Source of the DNA: a virus
IMG/VR virus record: IMGVR_UViG_3300011008_000142
Direction: 5' to 3' (one strand)
DNA length: 55,810 bases
Shown here in pieces: positions 52,574 through 55,810 of this stretch (positions within the stretch are counted from its first letter, which is position 1; each line of letters begins with the position of its first letter). Below the pieces are notes generated by a model. That model saw only the letters and a program-made list of their open reading frames with translations. It did no database searches and was not told the DNA's origin. Position numbers and translations under genes: made by a program.

Positions 52574-52912
52574 TCAGAAAACCTCCGCCTGCTTATTCAG
52601 CCGGGCCGTCAGATCCGACACAGAGGCACAGGCCTCGGCCTTTTTGTTCATCTCATAAAGCTCGGCCTTCAACTTGGCATTCTCCTCCGCGAGCCGCTTA
52701 TTCTCCTGCTCGCGGGAATACTTGTCGGCCTCGGCCTTCTTAACATCAGCGTCCCGCGTGGCCACAGAAGATACCAGGGCGCGGTACTCGGCCAGGGTGA
52801 TGGTGACGCGCAGCTCCTGATCACAGGTCAGATCATAGATGCCGTCCGGCGTGCTATAGGAGCTGGCACGTTCCAGCTTCTTTTCCAAAACAGAATTTTC
52901 GTTGCAAGTCAT
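52574..52912 (-). CDS. Hypothetical coiled-coil protein
   Basis: Start at MTCNEN after AAAGGAG. Confidence 0.5.
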   Translation of the reverse strand: MTCNENSVLEKKLERASSYSTPDGIYDLTCDQELRVTITLAEYRALVSSVATRDADVKKAEADKYSREQENKRLAEENAKLKAELYEMNKKAEACASVSDLTARLNKQAEVF

Positions 52913-52925
52913 TGAAATGCTCCTT

Positions 52926-53069
52926 TCAAAAATCGTGGTCTTCATCCCACTGGCGGTCTACCTGTTCCCAGAACCGCTCTTCCTCATCTTCGGGGGTGGG
53001 ATACTCTTCATCCATCCAGCCAGGCGGCGGATCCGGGTAGTCGTGGACCATATATGAGGTGTCGCTCAT
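52926..53069 (-). CDS. Hypothetical very acidic small protein (47 aa)
   Basis: Not in the ORF track. MSDTSYMVHDYPDPPPGWMDEEYPTPEDEEERFWEQVDRQWDEDHDF. Confidence 0.4.
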   Translation of the reverse strand: MSDTSYMVHDYPDPPPGWMDEEYPTPEDEEERFWEQVDRQWDEDHDF

Positions 53070-53455
53070 ACCTTGCCCTTTTTCAGAAAGCGGAACTGCT
53101 GCAGCAGTTTCTCCGTCATTTCGGAGATCTCCGCATCCGTCAGGCCGACGATATCCGGTTCATCCTGGTAAAAGCCTTCCTTCATGAGGATAATGTTTCC
53201 CTCCATGGGAATGCCGTGCTCAGCATATCCGTACAGGAGGCTGCAGGCCCGGTTCCGGGGCAGATCGCGGATCTTTCCCTCATCGTTGCAGACCAGGACG
53301 AACGGAGGCTCCAGGTGAATCGGATGAACGATCTCTATGTACCCGCCAACGATGGCCTGCAGGCCGTCGTTCATGAGCCCGTTATCCTTCCGCTCCAGTT
53401 CCCGGACGAAAAGCTCATTGCTCGATGTGATGACGATGACTTTTTCTTTTGCCAT
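53066..53455 (-). CDS. DUF3846-like protein (129 aa)
   Basis: Start at MAKEKV. GLQAIVGGYIEIV...VCNDEGKIRDLPRN matches the DUF3846 pattern. The upstream part of the 323-aa ORF is Arg-rich noise. Confidence 0.6.
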   Translation of the reverse strand: MAKEKVIVITSSNELFVRELERKDNGLMNDGLQAIVGGYIEIVHPIHLEPPFVLVCNDEGKIRDLPRNRACSLLYGYAEHGIPMEGNIILMKEGFYQDEPDIVGLTDAEISEMTEKLLQQFRFLKKGKV

Positions 53456-53550
53456 ATTTGACCTTTCCTTTCTTGCCATGATATAATCGTGGCAGCACAG
53501 ATCTCTTTTGCTTTGCCGTCCTCGGAGTGCCAGCTCTGGGGGCGGCTCTT

Positions 53551-53745
53551 TTATCTCCTTTTCCCTCCTTTGCTGCCCCGCCCAAAGTACGGGCGCGGGG
53601 TATTGTCGATCTTCTGGCCCTGCGTCAGAAATGCCATGAGGGTCGGCCAGAAGATCAGGCGGCGGTTTCCTGACGGCACAAAGGCCAGTTTGCCTTCCGC
53701 GATCCAGGCCCGAAGTGCCTTTTCGCTCACGCCCAGGCCCTCGGC
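53551..53745 (-). CDS. Excisionase/MerR-type HTH (HTH_17-like) segment lacking its own ATG; in frame behind a TGA
   Basis: AEGLGVSEKALRAWIAEGKLAFVPSGNRRLIFWPTLMAFL. The only in-frame candidate start is GTG at 53730. Confidence 0.5.
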   Translation of the reverse strand, partial: AEGLGVSEKALRAWIAEGKLAFVPSGNRRLIFWPTLMAFLTQGQKIDNTPRPYFGRGSKGGKRR

Positions 53746-53889
53746 TCACCCCCGCTCCGCTATGCGGATGCTCAGGCCGGCGCCGAGGATCATGCCGATG
53801 GCTGTGCGGGGAAACGCCTCGATGATGAAGGCGCCGAACAGGATCAGAGCGAGCGCGATCCCGTACATGGCTGTTTGCTTCCTGGTCAT
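53746..53889 (-). CDS. Small hydrophobic protein (47 aa) ending at the in-frame TGA
   Basis: Start MTRKQT after AAGGAGGAAG. TM YGIALALILFGAFIIEAF. Confidence 0.5.
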   Translation of the reverse strand: MTRKQTAMYGIALALILFGAFIIEAFPRTAIGMILGAGLSIRIAERG

Positions 53890-54081
53890 ATTTGTCTTCC
53901 TCCTTTGTGTTTTCTCTACCCGCTCCACGGTGCCGCTTTCCTCCGGTAAGTTTTAGGAGAGAGGAGTGATTCCGAAGCATGAAGAACACCATGGCAGGTG
54001 AGCCCATTCGGGCGGTTTCCCAGGCCGCGCCGGGCAAGAATAAAGAAAAGCGGCACGGTGGAACGGATAGGGCGTCGCATT

Positions 54082-54300
54082 TTATGCGACATTCTCAGCA
54101 AAAAAAATTGCCACGGCCTCATCCTTGGTGAGATGGAGAATGCGAATGATCTCATTGGCTTCACAGACCAGCATCGTTTTACCGTTATCCCGCAGCTTAC
54201 GATACAGAGTAGCCTTATCGATCTCCATCTCACGGGCGAGATCCGCGACGGACCAGCCAAGCTCGACAAGTTTTCCTTTGAGCTTGTTGACGTTGACCAC
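54082..54300 (-). CDS. cro: Cro-like HTH regulator
   Basis: GTG start after GGAGGA. WSVADLAREMEIDKATLYRKL HTH. Divergent from the cI-like gene. Confidence 0.75.
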   Translation of the reverse strand: MVNVNKLKGKLVELGWSVADLAREMEIDKATLYRKLRDNGKTMLVCEANEIIRILHLTKDEAVAIFFAENVA

Positions 54301-54324
54301 AGGGTTGTCCTCCTTTCTTGGTGT

Positions 54325-54444
54325 GTCGCATTTCGTGCGACCATCTGCATATTACACCCGATCCCTTTGTTATGTCAACACTTTTTTCGCAAAATCTGCG
54401 AAAATTTTATTTACTTCGTGAAATAATGGTTGCATATTTGCAAC
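54325..54444. promoter_or_regulatory. Lysogeny switch: three palindromic operator candidates
   Basis: GTCGCA-N5-TGCGAC (54325..54341), TTCGCA-N5-TGCGAA (54386..54402), GTTGCA-N4-TGCAAC (54429..54444). Confidence 0.55.
54349..54378 (-). promoter_or_regulatory. Early (cro-side) promoter
   Basis: Minus-sense TTGACA (54378..54373), 18-nt spacer ending TG, TAATAT (54354..54349). Confidence 0.6.
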
Positions 54445-54458
54445 TCTTATAATATAAT
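54430..54458 (+). promoter_or_regulatory. Repressor-side promoter
   Basis: TTGCAT (54430..54435), 17-nt spacer, TATAAT (54453..54458). Overlaps the third operator. Confidence 0.6.
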
Positions 54459-54483
54459 AAATGTCCCGAAGGAGGGCGGTATT

Positions 54484-55032
54484 ATGATGACGATGGGAGA
54501 GAGGATCCGCGCAAGACGTGAGCAGCTTGGCTACAATGCGGATTACCTGGGAAAGCTGGTTGGGAAGAACCGAGCCACGATTTACAGATACGAAAACGGG
54601 GATGTAACCACGATCCCCGCCGATGTTGTCGCCGATCTTGCTTCCGTGCTGCACGTTCCTGTGCAATACCTGTACGGGGTGGAAGATGATAGTGAATGGT
54701 CGCTGCTCTTCTGTGATACGCTGGCCGCAATTCTGGCCAATGCAGATCGCGAGGATATCACCGCGGCCGGCATTGATCTCGCATCACTGGAACGTGTTGT
54801 CAAGGGAGAAACCGCCCTTATGCTGGATCTCGCCTGTTCGATCTGCGACCAGCTGGGCGAAACATTGGACACCATGCTCGGCCGCGATCCGATAGAAAGC
54901 ATCAAGGCCGCCATCGGTGACGATGGCGACCTCGGTGCTCAGATCATTGATGCAATTCTTCATCTGTCGGAGTCCTCGAAGCTAAAGGCGCTCGGGTACC
55001 TTCAAGCGCTTCAAGCGAACGAACAAAAGTAA
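54484..55032 (+). CDS. cI: CI-like repressor (XRE HTH plus C-terminal domain)
   Basis: Start MMTMGERI after GAAGGAGGG. ERIRARREQLGYNADYLGKLVGKNRATIYRYENG HTH. Confidence 0.8.
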   Translation: MMTMGERIRARREQLGYNADYLGKLVGKNRATIYRYENGDVTTIPADVVADLASVLHVPVQYLYGVEDDSEWSLLFCDTLAAILANADREDITAAGIDLASLERVVKGETALMLDLACSICDQLGETLDTMLGRDPIESIKAAIGDDGDLGAQIIDAILHLSESSKLKALGYLQALQANEQK

Positions 55033-55105
55033 GGAACTCCTTTTTCTCCTCTTCGGTCATGCGCCGTATGCCAGCTACCAGCTGGCGCCATTGGTCTGCT
55101 CTCAT
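54944..55105 (-). CDS. Possible small ORF (53 aa) convergent with, and overlapping, the cI 3' end
   Basis: ATG 6 nt after GGAAGGAG. MRADQWRQLVAGIRRMTEEEKKEFLTFVRSLEA... Confidence 0.3.
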   Translation of the reverse strand: MRADQWRQLVAGIRRMTEEEKKEFLTFVRSLEALEGTRAPLASRTPTDEELHQ

Positions 55106-55259
55106 CGGAAAACTCCTTCCACGTCGTTTTCCACCGGTGGGAGTGTCGATTATATCACCATTGCCGTTTACTGTCACAAAAAACTAAGAAAATTCACATC
55201 GACAGTATTCGCACCACAGGAAGAGTAAAATATCCAGCTCTTTATGAGGAGGGAGATCC

Positions 55260-55556
55260 ATGAAAAAAACTATCGCCTTGATTTTGTGCCTTATCCTGAT
55301 AGGATCGGTTATCACGGCGTGTGAAAAGAATCCGGAAACCGCAGCTATTGCCGCGGCAAAACTCACGATCCTGGATAAGTACCCTGGTGCCACATTCGAT
55401 CAGCGCACCTTCACCGTGCGGCACAATGAGAGTGACGGTCGATACATCGTCAACGGGAAATACCAGCTCAATGGTGTGAATCATGATTTCGTAATCGAGC
55501 TCAAATTCACGGACAAAGAGTACAAGGCATTTCGGGTGGTATCCTCTGCCTATTAA
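55260..55556 (+). CDS. Lipoprotein (superinfection-exclusion-type candidate)
   Basis: Signal peptide MKKTIALILCLILIGSVITAC with lipobox ITAC. Lies between the repressor and the integrase. Confidence 0.75.
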   Translation: MKKTIALILCLILIGSVITACEKNPETAAIAAAKLTILDKYPGATFDQRTFTVRHNESDGRYIVNGKYQLNGVNHDFVIELKFTDKEYKAFRVVSSAY

Positions 55557-55590
55557 AACCAAATCTCTTGTGTTTTGGTTTTAGCCTCGC

Positions 55591-55614
55591 AACCTCGCAA
55601 ATAATTGCGAGGTT
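55591..55614 (+). other. Perfect 10-bp hairpin AACCTCGCAA-ataa-TTGCGAGGTT
   Basis: Read directly. Preceded by a direct CCTCGCAA duplication. No T-run follows. Confidence 0.6.
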
Positions 55615-55642
55615 CATGAAAGGCTTTGAAAAGTAATAAGGC

Positions 55643-55685
55643 GCCGCCCGTCGGTGCCGGTAACACCAACGGGCGGCCTTTTTTG
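55643..55685 (+). terminator. Rho-independent terminator
   Basis: GCCGCCCGT...ACGGGCGGC followed by CTTTTTTG. Confidence 0.8.
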
Positions 55686-55711
55686 AGGTGCAGAATGTTT
55701 CTCACGACACG

Positions 55712-55810
55712 TCTGCCCTCTGATAGTATCATACTTCGGAGGAAATAACAACAGTGAAAGAGCCTACTCCACGAAAACTAAAATCCGGGATGTACCGTGT
55801 CCAGCTGCGT
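55712..55810. repeat. Terminal overlap copy 2 (identical to 1..99)
   Basis: Read directly. Confidence 0.9.

Larger units (their letters stand above)
1..55711. mobile_element. Complete temperate tailed-phage genome (contractile tail, lambda-like head/packaging genes), circularly closed contig
   Basis: Lysogeny, replication/recombination, packaging, head, tail, DGR and lysis modules are all present. Bases 1-99 recur exactly at 55712-55810. Confidence 0.9.

Noticed and set aside
53456-54037. Upstream 194 aa of the 323-aa ORF 53066..54037
   Set aside because: This part is Arg/Pro/Gly-rich, has no RBS, and overlaps better-supported genes in other frames (the small TM ORF and the HTH segment). 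Only the C-terminal 129 aa from MAKEKV look real.
55184-55562. Minus-strand ORFs 55184..55393 and 55242..55562, antisense to the lipoprotein gene
   Set aside because: They have no RBS, and the plus-strand gene has a textbook signal peptide, lipobox and RBS. They are shadow ORFs.
1-55810. Global TGA stop-codon reassignment (code 4/25-like) as the explanation for the two in-frame TGAs
   Set aside because: TGA terminates many well-bounded genes here (int at 1114, the GGCT gene at 4921, the endolysin, avd and others). No suppressor tRNA gene is visible, and the GC content is high. Local mutation, readthrough or error is more parsimonious.

Overview
The window is a complete, circularly closed genome of a temperate tailed phage. 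Bases 1-99 are identical to 55712-55810, so the unit length is 55711 bp. Family resemblances (XkdX, XhlA, SleB, PBSX-like baseplate) and the high GC content suggest a Clostridia-type Firmicute host; this is inference. The plus strand carries a short lysogeny block (cI-like repressor, lipoprotein, tyrosine integrase, attP containing a tRNA 3' fragment) and an accessory island at 1.5-4.9 kb. Almost everything else is read on the minus strand from about 54.3 kb down to 5.0 kb, in this order:
- Cro-like gene and early genes.
- Recombination/replication module (Sak4-like ATPase, PD-(D/E)XK nuclease, NinB-like protein, SSB, replisome organizer with internal iterons, G39P-like loader, RecU-like resolvase).
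- A run of small Cys-rich, acidic or Lar-like genes.
- ParB / PAPS-reductase / ParB trio.
- A 665-bp non-coding cos-like region.
- Lambda-type packaging and head genes (TerS, GpA-like TerL, gpW, portal, ClpP-type protease, decoration protein, gpE-like capsid).
- Contractile tail with a -1 frameshifted chaperone, tape measure and a P2/PBSX-like baseplate, followed by tail fibres.
- A diversity-generating retroelement (DGR).
- XkdX, XhlA, holins and endolysin.

Main observations:
1. An intact-looking DGR. The 107-bp template repeat (TR) and variable repeat (VR) differ at 17 positions, all at TR adenines. It diversifies the C-terminus of a tail-fibre-like protein.
2. An amidoligase plus AIG2/gamma-glutamyl-cyclotransferase island next to attP. 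Its amidoligase is interrupted by one in-frame TGA.
3. A second in-frame TGA lying inside an excisionase-type HTH.
4. An IbrA/IbrB-like PAPS-reductase/ParB module just upstream of the packaging region, with an adjacent frameshifted membrane protein.
5. Several unexplained repeat architectures: a 10-bp tandem array, 21-bp-phased palindromes upstream of terS, a long palindrome, and a conserved gene-junction box.

All family assignments come from motif recognition by eye, not from searches.
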